Source: Escherichia phage FCWL1. From it: a DNA stretch of 49,336 nucleotides. Within the stretch, counting starts at the first letter, position 1. The number at the start of each line of letters is the position of its first letter. The notes beneath the pieces are model-generated. The model was not told the origin of the DNA and searched no databases. It worked only from the letters and a program-made list of their open reading frames with translations. The stretch lies in sequence record PP558327. One strand, written 5' to 3'. The translations under genes and the position numbers were made by a program. Positions 16,817 to 27,900 of the stretch are shown here, in pieces.

Positions 16817-17187
16817 TGAACTACTCACAGATTGAAAGAATGGCTCGCAAAGGCGTGGCTTTCTTCACCGATCCGTCAAGACCTATGAACCTGATAAAAC
16901 AAGGTGAATACGGATATGATGAAAACGGATTCGAGATCCCACCGATGGAACAGGTTATTCCAATATCCGGCGCGACGAGAAGACCGAACGCGCGTGAGAT
17001 TGACGGGGAAACTATCCGCGCCTCAGATATTTTGGGGATCTTCAATAATGATCATGAAATAAACGAAGGTGACTATATAGAGATTGATGGCATTCGTCAT
17101 GTTGTCGTTGATGCTCGCCCGGTTCAGGCGTCACTGGAACCAGTTGCCTATCGTCCAGTGTTGCGGAGGGTATCAGTCGGTGGCTAA
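16807..17187 (+). CDS. head-tail adaptor protein
   Basis: Position in neck gene cluster; overlapping start with upstream gene. Confidence 0.45.
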   Translation: MPLMNYSQIERMARKGVAFFTDPSRPMNLIKQGEYGYDENGFEIPPMEQVIPISGATRRPNAREIDGETIRASDILGIFNNDHEINEGDYIEIDGIRHVVVDARPVQASLEPVAYRPVLRRVSVGG

Positions 17188-17623
17188 TTATCAGATTCGT
17201 AGATTTCAAGGCGAGATTGATGCGTGGATTAAGGCAGCTGAAAGCACGTTAGAACATGCCATTGAGATATTCGTAAGGGATGTTCACGACGCTCTTGTTA
17301 GCCGCTCCCCTGTTGATACAGGTCGATTCAAGGGTAACTGGCAGATAACTTTTAACGAAATCCCTAACCACGCATTAAACCGATACGATAAAACTGGCAG
17401 TGTCGTAAGAGGTGAGGAGCAGGCCAAAACTTATGGCATGTTCAGCCGTGGCGGCGCGATAACATCAGTTCACTTTTCAAACATGTTGATTTATGCAAAC
17501 GCTCTTGAGTACGGTCATTCACAGCAAGCACCGAGCGGAGTTGTCGGTCTTGTGGCATTAAGGCTGAGATCATATATGGCTGACGCAATCAAGCAGGCAA
17601 GGAGACAGCAAAATGCACTATGA
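17180..17623 (+). CDS. neck / tail completion protein
   Basis: GTG start at 17180 with GGAGGG SD 8 nt upstream; overlaps upstream stop. Confidence 0.45.
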   Translation: MANYQIRRFQGEIDAWIKAAESTLEHAIEIFVRDVHDALVSRSPVDTGRFKGNWQITFNEIPNHALNRYDKTGSVVRGEEQAKTYGMFSRGGAITSVHFSNMLIYANALEYGHSQQAPSGVVGLVALRLRSYMADAIKQARRQQNAL

Positions 17624-18011
17624 GTTATCAGCGGCGGCGCGAGCCGCTTTTCTATCAAAGTACAGAGACTTTCCTCACTACATGGAAAACAGAAATTTCA
17701 CACCTCCTAAGGATGGCGGCATGTGGCTGAGGTTCAACTACATTGAGGGGGATACGCTTTATCTATCCATTGACAGAAAGTGTAAATCTTACATCGCAAT
17801 CGTTCAGATCGGCGTAGTGTTCCCTCCAGGCTCCGGCGTTGACGAAGCAAGATTGAAGGCAAAAGAGATTGCTGATTTTTTCAAAGATGGTAAAATGCTT
17901 AACGTTGGTTATATTTTCGAGGGTGCAATCGTGCATCAAATTGTTAAACATGAAAGCGGGTGGATGATTCCGGTTCGCTTTACAGTACGAGTAGACACAA
18001 AGGAGACTTAA
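17613..18011 (+). CDS. tail terminator-like protein
   Basis: 132-aa ORF immediately upstream of major tail protein gene. Confidence 0.4.
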   Translation: MHYELSAAARAAFLSKYRDFPHYMENRNFTPPKDGGMWLRFNYIEGDTLYLSIDRKCKSYIAIVQIGVVFPPGSGVDEARLKAKEIADFFKDGKMLNVGYIFEGAIVHQIVKHESGWMIPVRFTVRVDTKET

Positions 18012-18012
18012 T

Positions 18013-18681
18013 ATGCACTTACCAAATGGCGCGCAAATTTTCGTGGAAACCTCTCGCGGAGAAGAGATAGAGGCGACCGCTGTCACTAACGAAAAAAATC
18101 CTGTTGCTACAGTTGCATCTAAGGGCGACTTAGCAAAAGGCGATTACGTTATTGTAACTCAGTCAACCTGGGCCAAGATGGTCAGTCGAGTGCTAATTGT
18201 TACTGACGCTCAGGAAACAAGCATCACTCTTGCTGGGATTGACACCTCTGATACTCTTGTTTTCCCGGCTGGCGGTACGATGAGCTTTGCAAAAATTACT
18301 GGCTGGACTGAGATTCCTTGCGTACAGGAGATTGGTCAGGACGGCGGCGAGCAGCAGTATTATACTTATCAGTGCTTGTCAGACGATAAAGAACAGCAGA
18401 TCCCAACGTTTAAATCTGCGATCTCGCTAACGTACACTTTCGCGCACGAATTTGATAACCCGATCTACCAGATTCTGCGCAAGCTGGATTCGTCTGGTCA
18501 GGTAACAGCGGTTCGAATGTACGTTCCGAAAGCGAGCGAAATGCGTATGTGGGCTGGCATCTTGTCGTTTAACGATATCCCATCCACGCAGGTTAACGAA
18601 ATGGAAACGGTGGAACTCGCCGTATCCCTGAAAGGTGACTTTACTTTCATTTCCTCCACTCTGGCATCGCCTGGTGCTTAA
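18013..18681 (+). CDS. major tail protein
   Basis: 222 aa, immediately upstream of G/GT chaperone pair and tape measure (lambda V position). Confidence 0.6.
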   Translation: MHLPNGAQIFVETSRGEEIEATAVTNEKNPVATVASKGDLAKGDYVIVTQSTWAKMVSRVLIVTDAQETSITLAGIDTSDTLVFPAGGTMSFAKITGWTEIPCVQEIGQDGGEQQYYTYQCLSDDKEQQIPTFKSAISLTYTFAHEFDNPIYQILRKLDSSGQVTAVRMYVPKASEMRMWAGILSFNDIPSTQVNEMETVELAVSLKGDFTFISSTLASPGA

Positions 18682-18693
18682 ATCCTATCCATA

Positions 18694-18720
18694 GGGGGCT
18701 TGCGCCCCCTTGTTCATTTC
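18694..18720 (+). terminator. hairpin (GGGGGC-TTGC-GCCCCC) with weak T-rich tail
   Basis: GC-rich stem-loop after major tail gene. Confidence 0.4.
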
Positions 18721-18757
18721 TGTAAAATCATCCTATCAACTTTATTCGATTAACTTT

Positions 18758-18772
18758 TAACAAAAAGTGCTA
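18758..18772. promoter_or_regulatory. palindrome TAACA-AAAAG-TGCTA upstream of tail chaperone gene
   Basis: Operator-like palindrome followed by CCAATCAGGAGAAA RBS. Confidence 0.4.
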
Positions 18773-18794
18773 TCAACCAATCAGGAGAAACATC

Positions 18795-19112
18795 ATGGCT
18801 AAATTCAATTTCGTGTTGGGCCAACTTCCAGACTTCAAACTTCCGGTGACATTCACCATGCCAAACGGCGAGGATGCGACTATTATTTTTACAGTACGCC
18901 ACCTTTCCAGTAAAGAAGTGCAAGATATGTATGCGAAGCAGGGCGAAATGAATGATAGCGATTTCATCACTAAGATCGCGTCAGGCTGGAATCTGGAAGA
19001 AGAATTTAACGAAGAGAATGCGCGTAAACTGGTACAGTATTATCCTTCCGCAGCATACAATCTGACGGCAACTTACATCAAGGCGCTCGCCGGACACCGC
19101 GCAAAAAACTAA
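18795..19112 (+). CDS. tail assembly chaperone (G-like)
   Basis: 105-aa ORF between major tail and tape measure genes; ends at slippery A_AAA_AAC. Confidence 0.6.
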   Translation: MAKFNFVLGQLPDFKLPVTFTMPNGEDATIIFTVRHLSSKEVQDMYAKQGEMNDSDFITKIASGWNLEEEFNEENARKLVQYYPSAAYNLTATYIKALAGHRAKN

Positions 19113-19429
19113 AAAGGGCGGTTTATCTGTTATATCAGAAACCGCCGACAGAAGAGCAATTGCGATCGGTTGGTCTTAGTCTTTCTGACTATGAAGGCGA
19201 GGAACCGGAAACGATAATCGGCGATGCTGAAATGGTGAAGGCGTGGAATGTTTTTACGTCAATGCTCACTCAGTGGAGAAGTTCAGGCGCTGGAGCTTAT
19301 GGTCTTGACTATAATGTTTTGCCTATGTTGTTCAAAATCTATAAAATAGAAGATGAAGAACTGGCATTGCAGGACGTTAGGATCATGGAAGCGAAAGCGC
19401 TTGAAATGATTGCTAAGCAAAACAACTAA
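18795..19429 (+). CDS. tail assembly chaperone GT-like fusion via programmed -1 frameshift
   Basis: Slippery heptamer A_AAA_AAC at 19103-19109 just before the G stop; -1 frame is open from 19109 to 19429. Confidence 0.55.
19103..19109 (+). other. -1 ribosomal frameshift slippery heptamer A AAA AAC
   Basis: X_XXY_YYZ heptamer in frame with G-like ORF, 1 codon before its stop. Confidence 0.55.
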
Positions 19430-19450
19430 GCCGCCGTTTGGCGGTTTTTT
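19430..19450 (+). terminator. intrinsic terminator before tape measure gene
   Basis: CCGCC-GTTTG-GCGG hairpin + T6. Confidence 0.5.
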
Positions 19451-19467
19451 CGTATATAGGGGGTTAT

Positions 19468-22341
19468 ATGGTTGATAAGGTAGCAGGTCTGTCGCTTGAC
19501 GTTGATGTGTCAACAGTGCAGCGCGCCGTCAAGTCACTGAAAGAGTTTTCAAAGGCCAACGACCAGGCCGCTGATTCTATGGGTTCTTTAATCAATGAGT
19601 CAGAGGTTGCAAAACAGAAGGCCAAAGAACACGCTGAACAACTCAGGCGTCAGAGAAAAGAGTATGAGGCCGTGGAGAAGGCAATCGATCCTACAGTATC
19701 AAAAATGGAAAGGTTGAAGATTGCATCTCAGCAGCTTGATAAACTCTGGCAGCAGGGAGTCGTTCCAGATGAGACATTTTTCCGTTTGGGTGAAATGCTG
19801 GATCTGCAAAACGCAAAACTTGCTCTCAGCCGGGCTATGCTTACGGAAGAAGGTCAGGCGGCATTGCAGGAAGCGAAAGCAAAAGAGCAGGCGGCAGCAC
19901 GAAGCAAGGCGTTCATGGATGCCCTGAATGGTCAAGTTAACGCGATCGGCAAGACTCATGCTGAATTGATGGAACTGAAAGCGGCTGAGCTTGGTTTATC
20001 GAAAGAAGCAGCACCACTAATCGCAAAACTTAAAGATCAAGGCCGGGCTATGAATGCAGCAGGTATTAGCGCCGGGGAATACAGGCAGGCAATGCGAATG
20101 CTTCCTGCACAGATTACCGACGTCGTTACATCTCTTGCATCCGGCATGCCAGTTTGGATGGTTGCCATCCAGCAAGGCGGTCAAATCAAGGACTCGTTCG
20201 GCGGGATCAGTAATACGTTTAAAGTGTTGCTGAGTTATATTAATCCAGTCACAGCAGGGGTTGGCGTTCTCGTTGGCTCGTTAGGTCTTCTGGCGAAAGC
20301 TGGTTATGACTCTTACAAGTCAATAACTGATATTCAGAATGCGCTTATTGAGACTGGCGGTTATGCAGGTGTTACGGCTGAAGAGCTTGATTCAGTGTCT
20401 AAAAAGATCGCACAGACAAGCAACTCAACCATTGGGAGTATTCGCGATATTGTAACGGAGTTGGCGAGTTCTGGTAAGTACACCCGCGAGCAGATCCAGA
20501 ACATCACTAAGGCTACCGCAGAGTGGTCAGCGTCAACAGGAAAATCAGCAAGCCAAATTATTTCTGAGTTCGACAAAATCGCAAGCGATCCGGTAAAAGG
20601 CCTGAAGAAGTTAAACGAGCAATATAATTTCCTTGAAAAAGGGCAACTTACCTATATCGATACATTAAGCCGGACGAAAGGAGAAACTGAGGCAGTATCA
20701 GAGGCTACCAAACTATTCGCAGACGTAATGGAAAAGCGAATGAAGTCGATCGCGGATAACGCTACTCCTCTGGAAAAGATGTGGAGCGATATTAAACAAT
20801 GGGCTTCGGACGCGTGGGGATGGGTTGGTGATCATACACTCGGGGCGCTAAACCTGATTGTCGACGTTGTTCAGGGTACAGTGATTCAGGTTAAAATGAT
20901 TCTTGCGAAGGGTGATGAGTACATCTCAAACTTTATCGCCTCAGCCATAAAGGCAACTCAGTCACTACCTGGAATGAGTGATTTCGGCGCTGATGTGCTG
21001 AAGGAGCAGGAGAACATCGTAAAAAGTTCTCGCGACAACTACGACCAGTTGGCTTCAGAGCTTGATGCTATTAACGCTCGCGTAGAAAAAGGCGAGATGG
21101 GATACGTTGAAGCGATGAAGCAGCGTCGAACTCTTGAAAAGCAGTACAGTGAGGAAACTAGGGAGGCAATAAGGAAAGAAGCAGAAGAGATCGAGAAGCG
21201 AAACCGAGAAAGAAATAAGCAGTCGAAAATTGTACGCTCACCGACAGAGCAATTCGACAAGGAGTTAATTTCACTCAAGGCTCAACTTAAGGTATTGCAG
21301 GAGCATAAGGAGATCGGTCAAAAACTTTCCGCGCAGAGAAAGGCGCTGTTTACTACCGAGGCTACGATTGCTGTTCTTCGTGAAGCCAGCTCTAAGCGTC
21401 AGTTGTCTGCGGAAGAAAAAGCGTTGCTGGCAAGTCAGGAGAGAGTTATTGAGCTTGCGAAACAGAAGGCCGAGATTGGCGATCAGATTGTTAAGCAACA
21501 ACAGTTGAATGATCTTACCGATAAATCTCTGAAGTTTGTCAATGAGATGACGGCAGCTACAGAACAGCTAAACGCGTCTCGAGGGATGAGCACCCGAGAA
21601 ATGGAAAGGCAAGCTGAGTTGGCTAAGATCACTACTGATTATATTAATGCAGGTGGCAGCGAAGGAGATGAAAAACTCCAGAACATGATCAAGGCACAAA
21701 ATGATTACTATGCTGCGGAAGATGCCAAGCGTTCTGACTGGTTAGCAGGTGCTGAAAGTGCATTTGCAGATTACGGCGATTCTGCAATGGATATGTACGG
21801 CAATGTGTATGATATCGCGTCAAGTTCACTTAACGGAATGAGTGACATGATGACCCAATTCCTGACTACAGGTAAGGCAAATTTTGAGGACTTTGCGAAA
21901 AACATCATTAGCATGATTATTAAGATGATTGCTCAAATGGTAATCTTCAATACGATCTCAGGCATGATGGGCGGTAAGACGTGGAGCTTTGCTGGAGGGG
22001 TGTCGCCTGGTGCTTCTGCGGTATCACAGGCAACTCCTACGCCTGCCGTCTCTGGTTTTAGGTCTTTATCTTCAGGCGTCGCTGTTACCTCGCTTGCTGC
22101 CGCTGCGGGTAGTGTTGCAACATCTGGATTTAACGCATCTAAATCCGCACCGAAGGCAGTGAACCAATCAGCAGGCGGGACGGTCGTTGATGTTAGGGGT
22201 ATGGAGGTTAAAGTTGACAACGGTTCAGATCCGAGAGGAATTTCTCAGGGCGTAGAAATGATGTTCAAAAAAATGATTCGAGAGTCTTGTTCACAGGGCG
22301 GAGAGGTTTACAATTACATTCAGGAAAAAACAGGAGGCTAA
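19468..22341 (+). CDS. tail tape measure protein
   Basis: 957 aa, coiled-coil-rich, hydrophobic central segments, Gly/Ala-rich C-terminus; downstream of G/GT. Confidence 0.85.
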   Translation: MVDKVAGLSLDVDVSTVQRAVKSLKEFSKANDQAADSMGSLINESEVAKQKAKEHAEQLRRQRKEYEAVEKAIDPTVSKMERLKIASQQLDKLWQQGVVPDETFFRLGEMLDLQNAKLALSRAMLTEEGQAALQEAKAKEQAAARSKAFMDALNGQVNAIGKTHAELMELKAAELGLSKEAAPLIAKLKDQGRAMNAAGISAGEYRQAMRMLPAQITDVVTSLASGMPVWMVAIQQGGQIKDSFGGISNTFKVLLSYINPVTAGVGVLVGSLGLLAKAGYDSYKSITDIQNALIETGGYAGVTAEELDSVSKKIAQTSNSTIGSIRDIVTELASSGKYTREQIQNITKATAEWSASTGKSASQIISEFDKIASDPVKGLKKLNEQYNFLEKGQLTYIDTLSRTKGETEAVSEATKLFADVMEKRMKSIADNATPLEKMWSDIKQWASDAWGWVGDHTLGALNLIVDVVQGTVIQVKMILAKGDEYISNFIASAIKATQSLPGMSDFGADVLKEQENIVKSSRDNYDQLASELDAINARVEKGEMGYVEAMKQRRTLEKQYSEETREAIRKEAEEIEKRNRERNKQSKIVRSPTEQFDKELISLKAQLKVLQEHKEIGQKLSAQRKALFTTEATIAVLREASSKRQLSAEEKALLASQERVIELAKQKAEIGDQIVKQQQLNDLTDKSLKFVNEMTAATEQLNASRGMSTREMERQAELAKITTDYINAGGSEGDEKLQNMIKAQNDYYAAEDAKRSDWLAGAESAFADYGDSAMDMYGNVYDIASSSLNGMSDMMTQFLTTGKANFEDFAKNIISMIIKMIAQMVIFNTISGMMGGKTWSFAGGVSPGASAVSQATPTPAVSGFRSLSSGVAVTSLAAAAGSVATSGFNASKSAPKAVNQSAGGTVVDVRGMEVKVDNGSDPRGISQGVEMMFKKMIRESCSQGGEVYNYIQEKTGG

Positions 22342-22343
22342 TA

Positions 22344-22697
22344 ATGGCGACACTTGACACTTTCAGTTGGTGTACGCAGGTTCAAGGGGGCGGCGGCTCC
22401 CTTACCACTACCAACAATGACAGATCCATACAGTTTGGAAACGGCCACATGCAGCTTGCATCTTCTGGATTTAACACCACGCGACGCGAGTATTCAGTTG
22501 TCTATGCTGGGGAAGATTTCATGGCTGTTTACGACTTCTGTGATTCTCACCGCATTAAACCTTTCGCATGGACGCCGCCGGACGGGAAGATCGGAATATG
22601 GGTTGTTAAGCCTAACAGCCTGGGCGCGAAGCCAGTATCACGCGACGTGATGGAAATTAATGTCACGTTTATGGAGCAGTTTACATCTATGGAATAG
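22344..22697 (+). CDS. minor tail protein (lambda M-like)
   Basis: 117 aa immediately after tape measure; RBS AGGAGG. Confidence 0.65.
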   Translation: MATLDTFSWCTQVQGGGGSLTTTNNDRSIQFGNGHMQLASSGFNTTRREYSVVYAGEDFMAVYDFCDSHRIKPFAWTPPDGKIGIWVVKPNSLGAKPVSRDVMEINVTFMEQFTSME

Positions 22698-22713
22698 CAC
22701 TTCATGACAAAAG

Positions 22714-22735
22714 CCCGCCTTGCGCGGGTTTTTTT
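22714..22735 (+). terminator. terminator hairpin CCCGCCTTGCGCGGG + T7, followed by extended -10 TGTAGAAT
   Basis: Same hairpin sequence as at 24893. Confidence 0.6.
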
Positions 22736-22776
22736 GTAGCTGTAGAATGGTTGCAACTAAACAAGAGGAAAAGACA

Positions 22777-23559
22777 ATGAGCGAAAACAAAAAACTTTAT
22801 GATGAAGAAAGCGGGAAGAGCCTGTTTCACAACTGCCTTCAATCACTATACCCTGGAGAGATAATCACTCTGATTGAAGTTGATGGCAGCAAGTTCGGCG
22901 CTCAGGTGTACCGTTTCCACGGGGAAAATATCCAGTACACTCCAGAAGAAATCATGCAGGCACAGCAAACCGGAACGCTACCGCCGAAAGAAATCACCTT
23001 CCGTGGCGAGCAATACGGCGCGCGACCTTTCGGTATATCCGGGATCTCGTTCGACAGTTCCGGCAAGGCCACAAAGCCACAATTAACGGTGGCAAACATC
23101 GATAGTCGCGTATCTGCGATGATTCGTGCATATAACGGACTAATGCAAGCTAAGGTGACTATCTGGATCACTCAAAAGGACTTAATTCAACATAACGGCT
23201 CAATCGCTGACGGAGCTTACCGAAAACTGGTATACTATATCGAACGCCCGAGCTATGTCGATAAGAGTGTCGCCAGGTTCGATCTAACGTCTCCTTATGA
23301 TATGGATGGAATCATGATACCGTCACGACTAACTCAAAGCGTTTGCTATTGGGCGCAGAGGGGATGGTATAAAACCGGGAAGGGGTGCGGATACAACGGG
23401 CAAAATGGTTACTTCGATAAAGACAATAATCCGGTAGACGATCCTTCGCTGGATTTTTGCCCGGGAACGGTAACGGCCTGCCGCCTGAGATTCGGCGCAA
23501 ACAATGAATTGGATTTTGGCGGTTGCGCAGTCGCTTCACTACAGAGGAAAAATCAATGA
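22777..23559 (+). CDS. minor tail protein (lambda L-like)
   Basis: 260 aa; conserved Cys cluster near C-terminus (DFCPGTVTACRLRFGAN); synteny M-L-K-I-J. Confidence 0.7.
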   Translation: MSENKKLYDEESGKSLFHNCLQSLYPGEIITLIEVDGSKFGAQVYRFHGENIQYTPEEIMQAQQTGTLPPKEITFRGEQYGARPFGISGISFDSSGKATKPQLTVANIDSRVSAMIRAYNGLMQAKVTIWITQKDLIQHNGSIADGAYRKLVYYIERPSYVDKSVARFDLTSPYDMDGIMIPSRLTQSVCYWAQRGWYKTGKGCGYNGQNGYFDKDNNPVDDPSLDFCPGTVTACRLRFGANNELDFGGCAVASLQRKNQ

Positions 23560-24290
23560 TTAGTGCAAAAATTAAACTTGAAATTATGACTCACGCTCAA
23601 GAAGAATATCCTCGCGAATGCTGTGGGGTAGTCACCCAAAAGGGCCGCGTACAAAAATACCATCGCGTTGATAATGTACACCGCGATCCCGAGAATCATT
23701 TCATGATGGATGCTGTACAATACGCTTGCATTGAGGACGATGCGGAATCAACAACAATAGCAATTGTTCACAGCCACACAGGAGACGGGGCTACAACTCT
23801 ACCAAGCGCTCACGATACGTGCATGTGCAACGAGATGGAAGTTACCTGGATTATTGTTAGCGTGCCGGAAGGGGATATGCGATTTGTGAAGCCGGAGAAA
23901 TTGCCTCTGATTGGTCGTCCGTGGTCATTAGGATCATTCGACTGTTACGGTCTTGTTATGGCGTGGCACAAAGAGCACGGCGTAGAATTGCGCGATCGCC
24001 GATTGAATTTTGAATGGTGGAAACCTGAGTACGGAATTAATCTCTATCAGGATTATTACAAGCAGGATGGCTTCGTTGAGATTCCAGATCAGAATAATCC
24101 GTCATTCGGTGATATGGTAATCATGCAGATAGGGCAAAACGTTCCGGTATGGAACCATGCAGGGATTTACCTGGGAGATAATCAGATCTTGCATCATGCC
24201 TTCGGCAAGCTATCTCGTCGTGATATTTATTCCGGATGGTATCAGGATCATACTGTTTTAATCGTTCGCCATAAGGATCTTAAATTATGA
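23556..24290 (+). CDS. tail assembly protein (lambda K-like; JAB/MPN + NlpC/P60 domains)
   Basis: HSHTGDG (JAMM-like) motif and Cys/His peptidase-like C-terminal region; ATGA overlap with L-like gene. Confidence 0.7.
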   Translation: MISAKIKLEIMTHAQEEYPRECCGVVTQKGRVQKYHRVDNVHRDPENHFMMDAVQYACIEDDAESTTIAIVHSHTGDGATTLPSAHDTCMCNEMEVTWIIVSVPEGDMRFVKPEKLPLIGRPWSLGSFDCYGLVMAWHKEHGVELRDRRLNFEWWKPEYGINLYQDYYKQDGFVEIPDQNNPSFGDMVIMQIGQNVPVWNHAGIYLGDNQILHHAFGKLSRRDIYSGWYQDHTVLIVRHKDLKL

Positions 24291-24886
24291 ATGATGTAAA
24301 AGTAATTAAATTGTCAGGTTCACTTGGGAGACGCTTCGGCGTCTTTCACCGTTACGCTGTTGACTCTTACCCGGAAGCCATACGGGCGCTATCCAGTCAG
24401 GTGGACGGATTTAAAGAATACATGCAAAGCGAGGTAGGATCTCGTAGCAAGTTTTCAATATTTGTGGATGGCGTTAACGTGGGACACCATGAAGAGGAAA
24501 AATTCAAGTGCGCGAAAGAGATAAGAATCGTACCGATCCCTACTGGCTCTAAGACAGGAGGTCTATTTCAGGTTGTATTGGGCGCGGCAATAATGGTTGC
24601 AGCATTCTATACTGGCGGCGCGTCTCTGGCTTTAATGGGCACAATGTCCTCTTCTCTGTTTATGATGGGCGGCGCTATGGTGTTGGGTGGAGTGATGCAG
24701 ATGATTTCACCGCAGCCGGGAGGCGCAAACTTTGAAGTTCAATCAAGCAAGAATAAACCTTCTTACGCGTTCGGCGGTGCTGTCAATACGACGGCGGCTG
24801 GATACCCTCTCCCGGTCCCGTATGGATATCGCGCCGGAGGTGGCGCAACTTTCTCAGCAGGTTCTTATGCCGAGGATATGAGTTAA
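24287..24886 (+). CDS. tail assembly protein (lambda I-like)
   Basis: 199 aa with hydrophobic Gly/Ala-rich segment GLFQVVLGAAIMVAAFYTGGASLALMG; position between K-like and J-like. Confidence 0.65.
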   Translation: MNDVKVIKLSGSLGRRFGVFHRYAVDSYPEAIRALSSQVDGFKEYMQSEVGSRSKFSIFVDGVNVGHHEEEKFKCAKEIRIVPIPTGSKTGGLFQVVLGAAIMVAAFYTGGASLALMGTMSSSLFMMGGAMVLGGVMQMISPQPGGANFEVQSSKNKPSYAFGGAVNTTAAGYPLPVPYGYRAGGGATFSAGSYAEDMS

Positions 24887-24892
24887 AATTAA

Positions 24893-24927
24893 CCCGCCTT
24901 GCGCGGGTTTTTTTTCGCCTGTATAAT
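24893..24927 (+). terminator. terminator hairpin CCCGCCTTGCGCGGG + T8 followed by extended -10 TGTATAAT
   Basis: Hairpin identical to 22714; TGn-TATAAT immediately downstream. Confidence 0.6.
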
Positions 24928-24963
24928 GAGTCCACCGATAAATAGCACAAAAAGGTAAACATC

Positions 24964-27900
24964 ATGATTCAAAAAGTGATAAGTGGATCTAAAGGCGGCT
25001 CGCCTAAGCCTCATAATCCAGTTGAGATGGAAGACAATCTAATCTCAATCAACAAAATCAAGATCCTGTTAGCTGTATCTGATGGTGAAATTGACGAAAC
25101 ATTCAGCCTGAAGCAGTTGATGTTTAACTCAGTCCCGGTGCAAAACGAGGATGGATCGTTCAACTTCGAAGGGGTAAAGGCTGAGTTCAGGCCGGGAACT
25201 CAGACGCAGGAATACATCAAGGGCATGGAGGATAGTTCCAGCGAGGTAACTGTAAATCGTGAGGTTACTACCGATAACCCATACACGATCTCAGTGACCA
25301 ATAAAACACTATCGGCAATACGCATCAAAATGTTCATGCCTCGCGGCGTACGAATTGAAAGTAACGGTGATAAAAATGGCGTAAGAGTTGAGTATGAGGT
25401 GCAACAAGCTGTTGATGGCGGTTCGTTTGAGACTGTTCTTACTGACGTAATTGAAGGCAAAACAATGTCAGGTTACGACAGAAGTCGACGTGTAAACCTG
25501 CCTAGCTTTAACAACCAGGTAATATTCAGAGTTGTTCGAAAGACTCCAGACTCTAACGACTCTAACGTTGTTGATGCGATCCAGGTAAAGAGCTATGCCG
25601 AGGTGATTGATGCCAAATTCCGTTACCCTCTGACAGGTCTTCTTTTCGTCGAGTTCGACTCGAAGATGTTCCCAAACCAGTTACCTACGATCTCAATTCG
25701 TAAGCGCTGGAAGATTGTAAGCGTTCCGTCGAACTACGACCCAGAATCGCGAACATACAACGGCAATTGGGATGGCACTTTCAAAAAAGCATGGACGAAC
25801 AATCCGGCGTGGGTTCTTTATGACCTGATGATTAATCAGCGTTACGGCTTGGATCAGAAAGAGCTTGGTATCGCTGTCGATAAATGGGCGCTCTACGAGG
25901 CTGCGCAATATTGCGATCAGATGGTTCCTGATGGGAAGGGCGGGACGGAACCTCGATACCTTTGCGACGTGATAATCCAGTCTCAGACTGACGCTTACAA
26001 GGTTATTCGAGATATTTGCTCAATCTTTCGAGGTATGAGCTTTTGGAATGGCGAAAGCATTTCGGTAATCATCGATAGGCCGCGTGAGCCTGCGTACATC
26101 TTCACTAACGACAACGTGGTTAATGGTGACTTCTCCTACACGTTTGCAAGCGAAAAGAGCATGTACACGACGTGTAATGTGATGTTTGACGACGAGCAAA
26201 ACATGTATCAGCAGGACGTTGAGCCAGTATTCGATCGTGAGGCTACTCTACGGTTCGGGAACAACGTAACGAGCATTACAGCGATCGGCTGCACACGTCG
26301 AAGCGAGGCCAACCGACGCGGGAGATGGATTCTGAAAACTAACCTCCGCAGCACTACGGTAAACTTCGCTACCGGACTTGAGGGTATGATTCCGACAATC
26401 GGAGATGTTGTGGCAATAGCTGATAACTTCTGGTCAAGTAACTTGACGATGAACCTATCAGGGCGCTTGCTCGAAGTATCCGGTAGTCAGATTTTCTTGC
26501 CGCTCCGGGTGGATGCACGCGCGGGTGACTTTATTATCGTAAATAAGCCAGATGGCAAGCCCGTGAAGCGCACAATATCAAGTGTTAGTGCGGATGGTAA
26601 GACTATAGAGGTTAACATTGGCTTTGGCTTTCCTGTGAAGCCTAACACGGTATTCGCTATCGACCGCACCGACATTGCGTTACAGCAGTACGTCGTGACA
26701 AAAATCGATAAGGGCGATGATGATGAGGAATTTACCTACAAAATAACGGCGGTGGAGTACGATCCTAACAAGTACGATGAGATTGATTACGGAGTTAATA
26801 TCGACGACCGACCGACGAGCATCGTTGAACCAGATCAGATCCCTAGACCGGAAAACGTGCAAGTGTCCTCAGAGTCACGAATCGTCCAGGGGATGAGCGT
26901 AGAAACGATGATTGTTAGCTGGGATAAAGTGCCGTACGCAGTTTTCTATGACGTCCAGTGGCGAAAGGATAACGGCAACTGGCAAAATGTACCGCAGACA
27001 GCAAACAAAGAGGTATACGTTGAAGGTATTTACGCTGGCAACTATCAGGTTCGCGTTCGCTCCGTAGCTGGTTCCGGTACGACTTCAGGATGGTCAAATG
27101 TCGTAGCTGCGACGCTGACGGGCAAACAAGGTGAGCCGGGTGGACCGATTAACCTTACAGCTACGGATGATGTTGTTTTTGGTATCCGTACAAAATGGGG
27201 GTTCTCTGATGGTTCTGGAGATACGGCCTATACAGAGTTGCAACAGTCACCAGATGGAACAGTGGATAACGCAAGTTTGCTTTCTTTGATTCCGTACCCG
27301 CAGCATGAGTATTATCACTCACCGATGCCTGGAGGGAATATTGTTTGGTATCGTGTAAGGACGGTTGATAGGATCGGTAACGTGTCTCAGTGGACTGATT
27401 TTGTCAGAGGTATGGCATCAACAAACGTTGACGATATCATTGGGGAGATTTCTGTCGATATCGAAAACTCGCCGGGTTACGAGTGGCTTGTTGATAACGC
27501 AACCGACAACGCGGCGCAGAACGCAGCTAACGCAGAGGCAGCAATAGAAAACGCGCTCGCCAATGACAAAGACGCGATCTACATGAAGAAGGAGAACGGA
27601 AAACGAAAAGCTGAGTACACGAAATCACTGAAACTTATTGCTGATGAGACGCAGGCGCGAGTGACGGCGATCGAGCAATTGAAGGCAAGTTTTGGCGATC
27701 AGATTAGCGCTAGCAACAGCGAATTGCGTGAAGTTATCGCAACTGAGACTGGAGCGCTATCGCGTGAAATTGACCAACTCAGGGCAGAGATTGGTGATGA
27801 TATCCAGGCAAGTTTGACCGATATCAGAGAGGCTATAGCAAACGAGACTGAGGCGAGAACGCAAGCTGACTTGTCGTTAAGCGCGAGGCTTGGGAATAAT

